From: Calditrichia bacterium
Lineage (GTDB): Bacteria > Calditrichota > Calditrichia > JAJRVZ01
Assembly (NCBI GenBank): GCA_963777955.1
Contig: CAVZSQ010000015.1
Coordinates: 1-64,000 of the forward strand
Length of the DNA: 64,000 nucleotides
Reading direction: 5' to 3'
This document shows, one piece after another, positions 20,814 through 32,282 of the stretch. The notes beneath the pieces are model-generated. The model ran no database searches. It was not told the origin of the DNA and was given only the letters and a program-made list of their open reading frames with translations. Numbering within the stretch: position 1 is the first letter of the stretch; every line of letters begins with the position of its first letter. The translations under genes and the position numbers were made by a program.

Positions 20814-22727
20814 GTGGATATGTTTATACCAATGCTTTGCCGGTTAAGTGGAATTATTAAGATTTTGCGGCATGTCTGCTGCCAAGTCCTAATGTTCAAT
20901 GCGAATCCTGTAAAGCGACATTTGAGTGCGGTACTTTTATTGTTCTTGCTGGCCTGCGGGACCCCTTTTTTACAAAATGAGCAGATTTCCAGCCTGTCTT
21001 TTCCGTCCAATACAGAGACGCAAATAATTTTTTATCAGCGGACTTATAATCTGGATACGGACGGCACCTGTCTGGTTCGCGAGCACCGCATACTGCGAAC
21101 CGGCGATAACATTCTATCAGCCCCGCGGTGGTTTGCTGTCGCTGATAATCCGCTGTATCAGTTAAAAAAATTCAATGCCCGGATAATTCATGCCGATGGA
21201 CAACAGGAAACATATGACCGTGGTGTACTGAATAAGGTCAGTCTCAGTAATGCTCAAATTATGTTTACTCAGAACGTGTACTATATGTCTATTGTCGATG
21301 AATTACAGCGTAACGATATGTTAGAAACTGTATCAGTACACAAGAACGTATTGTTACCGCTTGGCCTGGATTTTTCATTGGATGAAATTCCCTATTCAGC
21401 GGCCAATATATCCTGTCTATTCCAAACAAAAGATACAACCGGCCTGACTTATGTAGTCAAGAATGACAGTATTAAACCGCAAATAACAGCAGCAGCTGGA
21501 ATGACTGATTATGCATTCCGCTGGAACTCGTCTGGTTTAAAAAAGGAACATCCGGTGTTTCAGTTTAAAAACCGCCAGCCGCTGATCATGGTTTCGGGAT
21601 TAACGTCCAGGCCGCAAAATTCGTCGAAAGTATGGATCGATTTTGGTAACTGGTATCTGGATCTGATTAAACACCGCCTGAACTATACAGAAAATGTAAA
21701 AAAACTGGCGCTCGAACTTACCGCTAACCTGAGCGAAGAAAAAGAAAAACTGGATGCCCTGTTCAGGTATAGTCAGAAAAATTATCGATATGAACAATCG
21801 TATCTGGAATTCGGTGAATTTATTCCTAATGATATTAATACTATTCTGGCTCACGGTTACGGAGATTGTAAAGATTACTCGCTGTTAATTTATCTGTTGG
21901 CCCGCAGTCTGGATATTCCCTGCGATTTAGCCCTTTGTTACCGCGGGCGGGGCAATGAATTTTTCGGCGAGGTACCGGTCAACCAGTTCAATCACATGAT
22001 CGTGCACTATTTTGACGGCAGCGATCACTACTGGTATGATGGCACCAACCGTTACGGCGTGCCCGGTTTGACTACGGCAGATCTGGTCAATCAACCGGCA
22101 CTTGTACTGCGACAAGGTGAATCGGCATTGATAACCATCCCGGAATCGCCGTTAAATCTGTTAAAATTGTCCGGCGAATTCAGGGAGATCAAGAATGCCC
22201 TGGCGGGCGATCTGGCTATAACATTATCGGGTCAGTACGCCATCAATTTTTTTTATTTATATAATTATCATAATGAAATCACCATGCGGGAAATCGTATG
22301 TAACTGGTGCCAAAAATATATTCACAGTGACCTGCGCATCCGTACTGTGGGTTGGAAAGTCAGCGACACTGATTTTATAATCAGGTTGAGTTGTGAAATA
22401 CCCAATGCTCTGGTGGATCTGGCGGATTTTAAAAGTTTTTATTTGCATAAAATTCTGGACCGGCTGTTACCGCTCTATCTGGAAGATCTGCGGCGACCGG
22501 AAGAAGTTGATTATTACCCGGGCTTTAACCGGGTGGCTATCTCATTAAAAACACTCAACCTGTCGGCTAAACCGGAAGCTATGGATACATATCAGGTTGA
22601 TTTTGCCTATGATCTGCTGCCGGGACCTTACAGCAGCGCTGAAAAACAAAAATTCATCGCAGATTATAAAAAGGTGGTAAGCCAGTTCAAAGCAAAAACC
22701 AAATTGTATACGAGGGGTGAAAAATGA
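20814..22727 (+). CDS. DUF3857/transglutaminase-domain protein (true start probably downstream of 20814)
   Basis: YGDCKDYS, FNHMI and WYDGT give the Cys-His-Asp triad. LLAC lipobox-like motif. Confidence 0.8.
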   Translation: MDMFIPMLCRLSGIIKILRHVCCQVLMFNANPVKRHLSAVLLLFLLACGTPFLQNEQISSLSFPSNTETQIIFYQRTYNLDTDGTCLVREHRILRTGDNILSAPRWFAVADNPLYQLKKFNARIIHADGQQETYDRGVLNKVSLSNAQIMFTQNVYYMSIVDELQRNDMLETVSVHKNVLLPLGLDFSLDEIPYSAANISCLFQTKDTTGLTYVVKNDSIKPQITAAAGMTDYAFRWNSSGLKKEHPVFQFKNRQPLIMVSGLTSRPQNSSKVWIDFGNWYLDLIKHRLNYTENVKKLALELTANLSEEKEKLDALFRYSQKNYRYEQSYLEFGEFIPNDINTILAHGYGDCKDYSLLIYLLARSLDIPCDLALCYRGRGNEFFGEVPVNQFNHMIVHYFDGSDHYWYDGTNRYGVPGLTTADLVNQPALVLRQGESALITIPESPLNLLKLSGEFREIKNALAGDLAITLSGQYAINFFYLYNYHNEITMREIVCNWCQKYIHSDLRIRTVGWKVSDTDFIIRLSCEIPNALVDLADFKSFYLHKILDRLLPLYLEDLRRPEEVDYYPGFNRVAISLKTLNLSAKPEAMDTYQVDFAYDLLPGPYSSAEKQKFIADYKKVVSQFKAKTKLYTRGEK

Positions 22728-24710
22728 AGCTGTACCTGATCGGAATCTTTGTTTTTATTTCCCTGCTGGTCCAGGCGGAAGATTTCCGCCGGGAATTGCC
22801 TTCTCAGGAACTGTCGCCAGTCTTTAACCCGGGAAAAATTTCCATATGCTGATGCGATAATCATCATAAAAGAACAATCTTTTCAGATCCGCGATGCGGA
22901 TATTTTCTACAGGGGCCTGGAATTAAGTGGACCGAGTTCGATTTTTACTAAAGTCCTGATCGTCAAGGTATTAACCGATGCAGGTGTGGATAAGTATGGA
23001 AATTTTGAATTCGAATATTATGAGCATTTTGGCGATGAGATAAAATGCGCTTTCGAAGTCCAGGCGCGGGTGGTGAAAACAAATAACGACATCTGGGTTC
23101 TGCCCAAAAAAGAAGTCAAGAAGATCGTATCCCAGACCAAAAGTGACGGAACCCCTCTCTACAGAAAAGTATTATTCAAGGTTCCCAATTTAGTACCTGG
23201 AGACGTTATCCAGATCGAATATGAGTATCACCAGCCGTTCTTATTCGGTGCCAGCGGTCTTTTTTATTACAGTGATGAGGACATCGTATTGTACTCGAAT
23301 CTTTATATCACGTTGCCGCAGGAATCCACACTGAAATATTTTAGTTTTCCGCAGGAAACTATCGGTGAGCCGAAGATCGAACAAATGAGCAATAGTTTTG
23401 GCGCCGGTAAAACCTATTTCTGGCAGGTCAAGAACTGCAATGCTGTACCTGAAGAAAAATATGCCGCAACTTTTTCCGACCGGGCCTTGTTGACTGCCTT
23501 TGTTCTGAGCAAGCAAGATATACATTCCACCGATCGTTGCAGCTGGATATACCAAGGCATCGATTTCTATGATAGTTTTTTGAAGAAGCAGACTATCCGT
23601 AAATCTGATATAGAAGGACTGGGTCTGCCGGCCGAACTATCCGATTCGCTGACCTTGCAAATGGTGGACAGTCTATACACAACTCTTAGAAAAAAATTCC
23701 AACTGTACGAATATAATTCGCTGTATGCCTTTGATGATGATATTAAGTCTGCTTTAAAGATCAAGAAGGGGGATGCCACGGATCTGGCCTGCATCATGTA
23801 TAATATTTTAAGACAATGGAAGCAGGGAGCCAATATAGTCTGGATACGTGACCTGCGGGAAGGCGTTTTTGAACAAACGGTACCGACCAGTGAATGGTTT
23901 GACCGCTGTGCCGTGCTGGTTAACGTTGGCAACCAGGGACGGATTTATGATTTCGATTATTCTATTCCCAATAAATACGAAACACCATGGTACCTGAAGG
24001 GAATCTCGACTCCGGTAATAATTGACGAACTTGGTGCGTACATCAAGCCGGCACCACTGGTAAATTTATCGAATCTGTACAAGGAATCGCATCATCTCTC
24101 TATTGACCCTGATCTTAATATTAAAGACCAGGCGACCCTTTATTATAAGGGTTCAGCCGCCCAGCGCTTCCGCTATAAAGCTCATGCCTGGAGTCAGGAT
24201 GAGATCAGGGAAGAAATAAATAACAACCTGCTGCCCAATTCTCTCAAAAATAGCGATAGCGTAGCCTGTAATGATTTTATGAATAACAGCGACATCCGGC
24301 TTGAGGCACAGGGTACTTCCAATTGCCAGCCGGAGCTCATTGATGAGTATCTGGTTCTGGTCTTAAAAAATGATCTTATCCCAAAATTCCGCAAGGATAT
24401 ATTTTCGGTAATCCGCTACAGTCATCTGTTGTTTGATGGTCCTTTCAACATGCAAGTGCAATGGGAAATCGATATTCCGGAAAATTATCAATTCCTGGAA
24501 GGTCCCGCCGATCGCATTATCACTAAAGCCGGGAGGGTGGATTCCAGGATTTCCTGTACCGCCGATTCACAAAAGGTACGGATTGATGTAACCATTAAAT
24601 TTCCATCAACTATGATTGAGAAAGCGAAGACAGGGGAACTCCTGAGTTTACTCGATGATACCATGACACAGGTGAGTACGCCGGTTAAATTTAAGAAGAA
24701 AGGGGTGTAA
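22724..24710 (+). CDS. DUF3857-domain protein with a degenerate transglutaminase core (indel near 22813)
   Basis: ATGA-coupled start MKLYLIGIFVFISLLVQA, then a shift into ORF 22749. PNLVPGDVIQIEY; KGDATDLA lacks the catalytic Cys. Confidence 0.75.
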
Positions 24711-25355
24711 TTACTCCGTATTACTCCATTTTTTCTTCAAGAATCCGCTTCTTCCTGAGGCGGCTTTATATCCGTTATAGCGCAGGGGGTGATTTTTATA
24801 AAATTGCTGATGATAATCTTCGGCCGGATAGAATACACCTGCTGCTGTAATACTGGTTACAACCGGCCTGTCAAATTTACCGGAAGACTCTAATTCCTGT
24901 TTGGATTTAAGCGCCAGTTCCTTTTGCTTTTCGTCGTGGTAAAAGATGGCCGTGCGGTACTGTGAGCCCTGGTCGACGAACTGGCCTGTTGAATCGGTGG
25001 GATCGATATTTCTCCAGAATACCTGTAATAGTTGGGCATAACCGATTTTAGTCGAATCGAAGATAATTTCCACAGATTCCAGATGACCGGTTTTGCCGCT
25101 GGTAACTTCCTCATATGTGGGATTTACTTTTGTCCCGCCGGTATAACCGACCGTGGTGGAAATGACTCCGGGCAGATCGTCGTAGGGGGGTTGCATACAC
25201 CAGAAACATCCTCCGGCGAAGGTGGCTTTGACATGGTTTTTATTGCTCATAATGATTTTTTCCTTTTTCGATTCATCAGCTTTGCAAGCACTGTATTCAG
25301 TCAGAAAACTGCTCAGCAGGAATAAGGCCAATAGATAATATTTAAAATTGAACAT
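24711..25355 (-). CDS. msrA: Peptide-methionine (S)-S-oxide reductase with a signal peptide
   Basis: FAGGCFWC, VGYTGG, PTYEEV, GQFVDQGSQYRTAIF, FYPAEDYHQ. Confidence 0.95.
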   Translation of the reverse strand: MFNFKYYLLALFLLSSFLTEYSACKADESKKEKIIMSNKNHVKATFAGGCFWCMQPPYDDLPGVISTTVGYTGGTKVNPTYEEVTSGKTGHLESVEIIFDSTKIGYAQLLQVFWRNIDPTDSTGQFVDQGSQYRTAIFYHDEKQKELALKSKQELESSGKFDRPVVTSITAAGVFYPAEDYHQQFYKNHPLRYNGYKAASGRSGFLKKKWSNTE

Positions 25356-25484
25356 ATATTTATTCCTGTAAATCGTTTATATTTATAACGCAACTAAGAG
25401 AAATATTCTTCCAATCTTAGAATTTCATTTACTGTATTTAAGTATTTTACGCAATTATAAATAAGACAGAACAGACTATAACCC

Positions 25485-25511
25485 TGTCATTCCGAGCGAA
25501 GCGAGGAATCT
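25485..25511. repeat. REP-like element TGTCATTCCGAGCGAAGCGAGGAATCT
   Basis: Same GTCATTCC...GGAATCT ends as 18363-18414. Confidence 0.6.
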
Positions 25512-25609
25512 TTATATCAGATTAAAAACTTATTTCATTAATAGTTGAATTATTTAGTTAGTCTGACAATGATTTAATTAACTAATTAATCAAGGAAAGG
25601 AATTCAGCC

Positions 25610-27439
25610 ATGAAACTGCCATCCATCCAGCAAGTAGTTCAGGATGCCGTCCGCACATTTATGCGTTTTCCGGTTGTGCTGATCAATGCGCTTATCGGGA
25701 CCGTTGCCGCAGTGATTCTGATCGACCATGAAGGACCGCCGCAGGCGACCATCCTGTTTAATATTTTGTTCAGCACCATACTCGGCATTCCTTTACTGAC
25801 GGCTTTAACTCTGCTGGCAGAGAAGAGGAGGTGGGGCAGGACGATCACACTGGTTAGCCAGCTGGTTGGTGTGCTGTTACTTTTTGCATACGGTTGTTCG
25901 GTTCCATCCGACCTGGACAATGCTCCGGCCATCTATTTTCTGCGCCAGTTGATACTGGCCTTCGGCCTGCACCTGTTCGTGGCCTTTGCTCCGTACCTGG
26001 GGGCAGGTGAACACAACGGTTTCTGGCATTACAATAAAACCCTTTTTCTGCGCCTGTTTATGGCTGGACTCTTTGCAATTGTTCTATACGCTGGTCTTTC
26101 CGTCGCCCTGGCTGCTCTGGATAATCTATTCGGGATCGATGTGCCCATAAAACGCTATGGCGAATTGTGGTGCATCATCGTCGGAGTTTTCATCACCTGG
26201 TTCTTCCTGGCCGGTATTCCGGAAGATCTGGCTGCACTGGAAACTTCTACAGATTATCCCAAGGTAATCAAGATTTTTGCCCAGTATATACTTTTTCCGT
26301 TAGTGCTGGTTTATCTGGTTATTCTCTATGCTTACCTGATAAAAATTATCATTGAATGGAATTGGCCGCAGGGCTGGGTGAGTAAACTCATACTGGGATT
26401 TGCCGCGACCGGGATCTTTACACTATTGTTACTATATCCGGTACGTGAGCAGCAGGAAAATACCTGGATCCGCAACGCCTCCCGCTGGTTTTATTTTGTA
26501 ATGATCCCGGTGCTGCTGATGCTTTTTCCGGCAGTGTGGAGAAGAATTTCGGAATACGGTATCACCGAAGGAAGATACCTGGCCATTGCACTCGGATTAT
26601 GGCTGGTCGGTATAGTAATATATTTCATCTTCAGTAAAAGTAAGAGTATTAAAGTTATCCCAGCGTCGCTGGGTGTGCTGGCACTGCTTGTCTCATTTGG
26701 TCCCTGGGGAGTTTTCAGCATCTCTGAAAACAGCCAGGTGAACCGCTTAAAAGGAATATTGATGAAAAATTCAATCCTGCTGGATGGAAAAATACGACCT
26801 GAACCGGCGGTGCTGGTATCTGCTGAGGATACCAGGCAAATTAGTTCAATCATCTCTTATTTACACGATTTTCATGGTTATGACCGGATTCAACCATGGT
26901 TCACCGAGAGTCTAAAAGCAGATTCTGGCGGAAGCAGGTCAGGTTACAAAGAACCTGCATTCGTCGCTAAAAAAATGGGTGTTGAGTACTTAACCATCTG
27001 GTTTAATCAACCTGAAGACTTTATCCGTTTAAGTACCGACTGGCAAAAGGTGATGGATATACATGGGTATGATAATCTGCTCTGTTGTCAGTATATCGAT
27101 AATAGCCATCTATTTAAGGCTGTTGATGATCAGTATCTATCATACCGGGTGGATTCAAGCCACTACATTATTACGTTTATGATTACGTCGGACGGGGTAA
27201 TAGTGGATTCTCTGCTTATTGATTTGCAACCTGTTGTTAAGCGACTTTTAGAAAAATACAAGGATAGTAATATTTCCAATATACCACCTGAAAATATGGC
27301 GCTAAGTGACACCAGCCGGAGCATGAAGATCAAAGTCTATCTGCGGTCTATTCATCTTGGCAAAGAAGAAAAAGAGGTAAAATTAATTGATTATAATGCA
27401 GATATATTTTATTCATATGATAAAAAAGTTGTCCCCTGA
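25610..27439 (+). CDS. DUF4153-family membrane protein
   Basis: About 10 TM segments, RFP at the N-terminus, RRISEYGITEGRY, SFGPWG...SQVNRL. RBS AAGGA. Confidence 0.78.
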   Translation: MKLPSIQQVVQDAVRTFMRFPVVLINALIGTVAAVILIDHEGPPQATILFNILFSTILGIPLLTALTLLAEKRRWGRTITLVSQLVGVLLLFAYGCSVPSDLDNAPAIYFLRQLILAFGLHLFVAFAPYLGAGEHNGFWHYNKTLFLRLFMAGLFAIVLYAGLSVALAALDNLFGIDVPIKRYGELWCIIVGVFITWFFLAGIPEDLAALETSTDYPKVIKIFAQYILFPLVLVYLVILYAYLIKIIIEWNWPQGWVSKLILGFAATGIFTLLLLYPVREQQENTWIRNASRWFYFVMIPVLLMLFPAVWRRISEYGITEGRYLAIALGLWLVGIVIYFIFSKSKSIKVIPASLGVLALLVSFGPWGVFSISENSQVNRLKGILMKNSILLDGKIRPEPAVLVSAEDTRQISSIISYLHDFHGYDRIQPWFTESLKADSGGSRSGYKEPAFVAKKMGVEYLTIWFNQPEDFIRLSTDWQKVMDIHGYDNLLCCQYIDNSHLFKAVDDQYLSYRVDSSHYIITFMITSDGVIVDSLLIDLQPVVKRLLEKYKDSNISNIPPENMALSDTSRSMKIKVYLRSIHLGKEEKEVKLIDYNADIFYSYDKKVVP

Positions 27440-27471
27440 GGGACCACGGCAGTGGCCGGAGCATGCCATTG

Positions 27472-27611
27472 TTATAAACCTGTGTTACCTCCGGCATCAA
27501 CTTTTTAAAGGTAAGAATTGAAGTGAAATATCATAGATCTTACCCCGAAGGGGTAACAGATTTATAACCGGTCGATCATCTCCTGATTTTACTACGATCC
27601 CGAAGGCATCG
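27472..27611. repeat. Degenerate cluster of REP-like palindromes
   Basis: TTACCCC-GAA-GGGGTAA perfect hairpin (27540-27556). Its 3' flank GGTAACAGATTTATAA is nearly the reverse complement of TTATAAACCTGTGTTACC (27472-27489). Second degenerate copy CGATCCCGAAGGCATCG. Confidence 0.5.
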
Positions 27612-27755
27612 CACAAGACCAGCGTTATCTTAATCTGCATCGTGACAATAATGATGTAAAATTAGTAAATTGGGGTGGGGATATTTTATTCTGATGGGAT
27701 AATTGAATCATTGAATCAATTACTTAATGAAAAAAAATCATTAGCGGAGGTTTAA

Positions 27756-28868
27756 ATGACCCAGACTCCTGAATTGGTTTTTACATCTGAGCAGCGCTTG
27801 CTTTCCCTGGATTTTTTTCGGGGTATAACGATGTTTCTGTTGATTGCTGAAGGTACAGAAATTTATAATTTACTGATCGATCCTGCTTTAAGTAGTAATC
27901 TGATAAATACCATTGGCCAGCAGTTTCACCATCATCCCTGGAATGGTTTGCATTTCTGGGATCTGGTTCAGCCATTTTTTATGTTTATCGTCGGGGTGGC
28001 CATGCCGTTTTCCTACGGTAAACGCTGGGAGCAGGGAGATACCTGGCAGCAGACATTTTTGCATGCGCTGCGCCGTTCATTTCTTTTACTCCTCTTTGGT
28101 TGGGGTCTTTATTGCATTGGCCCTGGAAAATTGACCTTTGAATTGTGGAATGTATTGGCTCAATTGTCTTTTACCTTTCTGGTCGCGTTCCTGCTGCTGC
28201 GCCGGCCGGCATGGTTTCAAATCATTTTTAGCTTTGGTTTGTTGGCTTTAACCGAACTGTTATATCGAACCTGGTCGGTGCCGGGCTTTAATCAACCTTT
28301 TGTACCAGATCAGAATTTTGGTTCCTATGTTGACCTGTTATTAATGGGTAAATTTTCCACAGGCCACTGGGTGGCTTTCAATGCGGTGCCAACCACTGCC
28401 CATACGGTGTGGGGGGTTCTGGCCGGACAACTGTTGTTGAGCAAACGATTACCCTATAACAAGATAAAGGTACTGGCTATTGCCAGTTTACTATTAATTA
28501 TAAGCGGTTATGCTTTAAATCCGGTAACTCCGATCATCAAGCGTATTTGTACAAGCTCTTTTGTAATCGTTAGCGGAGGCTGGTGCCTTTTTTCCCTTGG
28601 TCTTTCTTATTGGATAATCGATGTTTTAAAAATCAATAAATGGTCTAAATTTTTTGCTATTGTGGGTATGAATCCATTGTTCATCTATCTGTTTGCAGAA
28701 ACGGGTGGTACCGCCTGGATCCACAAAATAATCAAACCATTCAGCCTGGGATTATTTGGCTGGCTGGGCGATATATATGCCCTGCTCCTGACCAGCCTTG
28801 TGGTCTGGGGAGTACTATGGTATATATGTTATTGGTTATATAAGAAAAAGATATTTATCAGGATTTAG
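27756..28868 (+). CDS. DUF5009 / heparan-alpha-glucosaminide N-acetyltransferase-like membrane acyltransferase
   Basis: RLLSLDFFRGITM, HHPWNGLHFWDLVQPFFMFIVGVAMPFS, PIIKRICTSSF, VGMNPLFIY. Confidence 0.85.
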   Translation: MTQTPELVFTSEQRLLSLDFFRGITMFLLIAEGTEIYNLLIDPALSSNLINTIGQQFHHHPWNGLHFWDLVQPFFMFIVGVAMPFSYGKRWEQGDTWQQTFLHALRRSFLLLLFGWGLYCIGPGKLTFELWNVLAQLSFTFLVAFLLLRRPAWFQIIFSFGLLALTELLYRTWSVPGFNQPFVPDQNFGSYVDLLLMGKFSTGHWVAFNAVPTTAHTVWGVLAGQLLLSKRLPYNKIKVLAIASLLLIISGYALNPVTPIIKRICTSSFVIVSGGWCLFSLGLSYWIIDVLKINKWSKFFAIVGMNPLFIYLFAETGGTAWIHKIIKPFSLGLFGWLGDIYALLLTSLVVWGVLWYICYWLYKKKIFIRI

Positions 28869-28987
28869 GGACTGATTGGTCAGGGTAAAATACCGGCACG
28901 GCTTTAACTCCATAATTAAAAGGGCAGAGAGAATTTTCAACTTATCCTGCAGCTCTCCTTGCAACCAAACAAAAATCTAATTAACTT

Positions 28988-29022
28988 ATGACTTTCTGGT
29001 CATGAAATGACCGGATAGTCAT
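28988..29022. promoter_or_regulatory. Tandem palindromic operator, probably TetR-binding
   Basis: ATGAC-N6-GTCAT twice (28988-29003 and 29007-29022), just upstream of the TetR gene. Confidence 0.7.
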
Positions 29023-29039
29023 CTATTTAATGGTTTGAG

Positions 29040-29720
29040 ATGGATAGAACCAGAATAAAAAGAAATGTTCGTTTAGCCTGGCCGTTGCTTTCCCGCAAGG
29101 AGCGTGAGAAGAATATCCGGCGGCGGGATATCTTTCTGGCGGCCCGGGAACTGTTTGTCCTGAAAGGATATCATAACACTACCCTGGAAGAAATTGCCCA
29201 GCAGGCCGACTTTGGCAAAGGTACTATTTACAATTACTACAAAAGTAAAGAGGACCTATTCTTAGGTATAATCAATGAACTTGCTGCCGAAATGGTTGAA
29301 CTGGCCAGGACCAGCATCAAAACTACGACAGGAGGAGCACGGCAAAAATTCAAGGCTTATGCTGCGGCAAATATAACCTATCTATGCGAAAATTCGGATC
29401 TTTATCAGGTGGTCATGCGTGAAATCCATCGTCTGGATTCGGTTGAACATGACAACCGCTTTAAAGCGATTAAAGCCGGGATCAAAAAAGTCTGGGCCAT
29501 CCTGGCCGAACCGCTGTCAGCAGAAATTAAAACCGGAAAAATAAAAAAGTATGATCCCATAAAGGCTGGCCTTGCTCTTTGATAGTATGATCCGCTTCTA
29601 TCATTTCAAACGATTCCGCAAAAAGCGAATGATGAAAAACAGCGATATAGCTGAGGTTGTTAAAATGATTGTTGCGGTATTCTTTGACGGAATATCGGCT
29701 GGAAAGCAAAAGAAAAGGAC
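29040..29720 (+). CDS. TetR/AcrR-family regulator (C-terminal indel near 29560; end approximate)
   Basis: IFLAARELFVLKGYHNTTLEEIAQQADFGKGTIYNYYKSKEDLF helix-turn-helix. Confidence 0.85.
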
Positions 29721-29726
29721 TGGGCG

Positions 29727-31097
29727 ATGATCCCTATGCTACAAGATATTAAAAAATCTGTCAAGCAGTTAAAATACATTTTAGTACTGCTCCTGCTGGT
29801 TACAACGATCAGGGCGGGTGATCTGAACGCTCCGCTGCTGCTGACCATGGATAAAGCAATCAGCCTGGCCCTGCAGCAAAACCGTGATGTCCTGATTGCT
29901 GATCAGGACCGGGCCACGGCGCGGGCCCAGGTACGGGAAGCCTGGTCGGGCGCTTTACCGCAGCTTACCATCTCCGGACAATACTTGCGAAATATTAAGA
30001 AGCAGGTGCTGTTTATCGGACCAAATACCGCCTTCAATCCGACTTCATCGACCATAACTTTTGAAATTGGATCCGATAATGCCTACACGCTGGGAGCACA
30101 GTTGTCGCAGCCGCTGTTTAATCGAAAGATAGGCGTGGCCTTGAACATCGCCCATACCTTTATGGAATATACCCAGCAAGCCTTCAAGGCCACCGAACTG
30201 GATGTCACACTGAAAGTTAAGAAAGCCTTTTATGGGGTACTGCTGGCCCGGCAACTGGTCGAAGCCAACCGGCAGGGACTTGATGTGGTGCAAGCGAATC
30301 TGGAGAATGTCCGGTCTTTATACCGTCATGGCACTGCAGCCGAATTTGATCTGCTGCGGGCAGAGGTACAGATGGCCAATACGGAACCGTTATTCATTTC
30401 GGCTGAAAATAATCTGGTCCTGGCAAAAAACAACCTGAAAAATCTGCTGGCCATATCCCTGGATAAGGAAATTGAAATTCAGGGCGATTTTAAATATGCT
30501 GAAATTCCTGCCGACACCCTGAATCAGGCCGGCCAGCAGGCACTTGAGGTCAACCCGCTGATCAGGCAACTGAACCTGCAGGAATCTATCCTGGAAAAGA
30601 ACATCATCATTGAGCAGTCTAACTATTTTCCCAGTTTGAACCTGATCGGTTCCTATCAATGGCTGACCCAGGATAACACCTTTCAGTTCCATAATTATTT
30701 CTGGGCCAAAACCTTTTACGTAGGCATGCAACTGACTTATCCGCTGTTTGATGGATTTCGTACAACCGCCCGCGTTCAACAGGCCTCGGTCAATCATGAA
30801 AAAATCCAGTACGCACGCTTAAAAGCCGAGGAAAGCCTGCGCATCCAGATCCAGGCCATGGAACTGAAAATGATCGAGGCAAAAAAACGCATCCAGGGTC
30901 AGGAAAAAAATATCGAGCAGGCCAAGAAAGCGGTGCACATCGCGCAAACCCGCTATCAGAATGGCGTCGGAACCCAACTGGAATTGCTGGATACACAGGT
31001 AGCGATGACCCGGGCTCAAACCAACTATGCCCAGGCTATCTACGACTACCAGATCTCCAAAGCAGAATGGGAATATGCTGTTGGACAATCAAATTAA
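29727..31097 (+). CDS. TolC-family outer membrane efflux protein
   Basis: AISLALQQN, QPLF, VKKAFY, PLFDGF, RYQNGVGTQLELLD; sits in an efflux operon. Confidence 0.9.
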   Translation: MIPMLQDIKKSVKQLKYILVLLLLVTTIRAGDLNAPLLLTMDKAISLALQQNRDVLIADQDRATARAQVREAWSGALPQLTISGQYLRNIKKQVLFIGPNTAFNPTSSTITFEIGSDNAYTLGAQLSQPLFNRKIGVALNIAHTFMEYTQQAFKATELDVTLKVKKAFYGVLLARQLVEANRQGLDVVQANLENVRSLYRHGTAAEFDLLRAEVQMANTEPLFISAENNLVLAKNNLKNLLAISLDKEIEIQGDFKYAEIPADTLNQAGQQALEVNPLIRQLNLQESILEKNIIIEQSNYFPSLNLIGSYQWLTQDNTFQFHNYFWAKTFYVGMQLTYPLFDGFRTTARVQQASVNHEKIQYARLKAEESLRIQIQAMELKMIEAKKRIQGQEKNIEQAKKAVHIAQTRYQNGVGTQLELLDTQVAMTRAQTNYAQAIYDYQISKAEWEYAVGQSN

Positions 31098-31158
31098 ACT
31101 CAGTAGCGATAAAAAAACAGTTAAACACGATCGGAAATAGAGGAGAAATATAAAATTG

Positions 31159-32234
31159 ATGAAATCCATATATTGCTCAGCAAAACAGATCCTGATCCTG
31201 CTGCTTGCCATCATCTCGCTGCTGTTCTGCGCTTGTGGCTCAAAATCAGACGGACAGACAGGACATAATGGCAGTAGATAATACTTCTATTAGTGCGGTC
31301 GCCGTGGAAGTGGCCGGCGTAGAACGAAAAAATCTGGCTGTGACCAAGACCTTTTCCGGTTCCCTGGAAGGTGAAGAGCAGGCCAATATTGTTTCTAAAC
31401 TATCCGAACGTGTCACCGCTATTGCTGCGCATGCTGGTGCAGGCGTACATAAAGGGCAGGTGCTTATCCGGCTGGATAAGAGCGGTACAACCTCGCAGTA
31501 TTACCAGGCAGAGGCTAATTTCAATAACTCCGCTAAAACTCTGCAACGGATGAAATCCCTGTATGAAGAGGGTGCTATATCACTGCAGGCCCTGGATGGA
31601 GCCCAGACTGCTTATGATGTTGCCAAAGCAAATTTTGATGCTGCCCGCAGTGCGGTCGAATTAAGTACCCCTATCACAGGGGAGGTTACTGCAGTCAACG
31701 TCAGTCTGGGTGATTTGGCTGTGCCCGGATCTGTGCTGGCGACCATAGCCAGCATAAACCGCATGAAAGTAGTTTTTAATATCAACGAGACCGATGTAGC
31801 CGGCATTGCTATCGCCCAAAAAGTGCTGGTATACTCGGAAGCCAGACCGGAATTAAAAGTGCAGGGCAGTATTGTGCAACTCTCCAAGTCAGCCGATGTA
31901 CGGTCGCGTTCGTTCGAGATCAAAGCGCTCTATCCGAATACAACTGACCACTGGTTTAAACCGGGCATGTTTTGTAAAGTAGATATTCAATTTTCACCGC
32001 GCGAAAATACTCTGGTAATCCCGGCAGCCGCAGTGCAGAGCGATGGAGTGAACAATCGCGTTTTTCTGATCAGGCAGGGCCGGGCCCTGTATAAAACGGT
32101 CCAGGTCGGAATGACAGACGGCGAGAGTATTGCAATCCTGCAAGGATTGAGCGAAGGTGATTCGGTCGCTACAGTCGGAGCTGAATAATTTGCGCGATAG
32201 CAGTTATGTGCACATTGTCAATCAAGCCCGCTAA
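31159..32234 (+). CDS. RND efflux periplasmic adaptor (MFP) lipoprotein (indels near 31275 and 32180)
   Basis: Start MKSIY...LLFCACG after an AGGAG RBS. GQVLIRLD, TPITGEV, FKPGMF, IPAAAV, GLSEGDSV. Confidence 0.87.
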
Positions 32235-32282
32235 TCACCAGGCCCATGATTTAATTTTAAGGAAAAAAGGAACAGCTATTCT

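Noticed and set aside
24711..25355. Selenocysteine-containing MsrA
   Set aside because: The active site GCFWC uses ordinary Cys codons; there is no in-frame TGA.
13389..27620. CRISPR array
   Set aside because: The repeats are palindromic, few and not regularly spaced with unique spacers; no cas genes are present.
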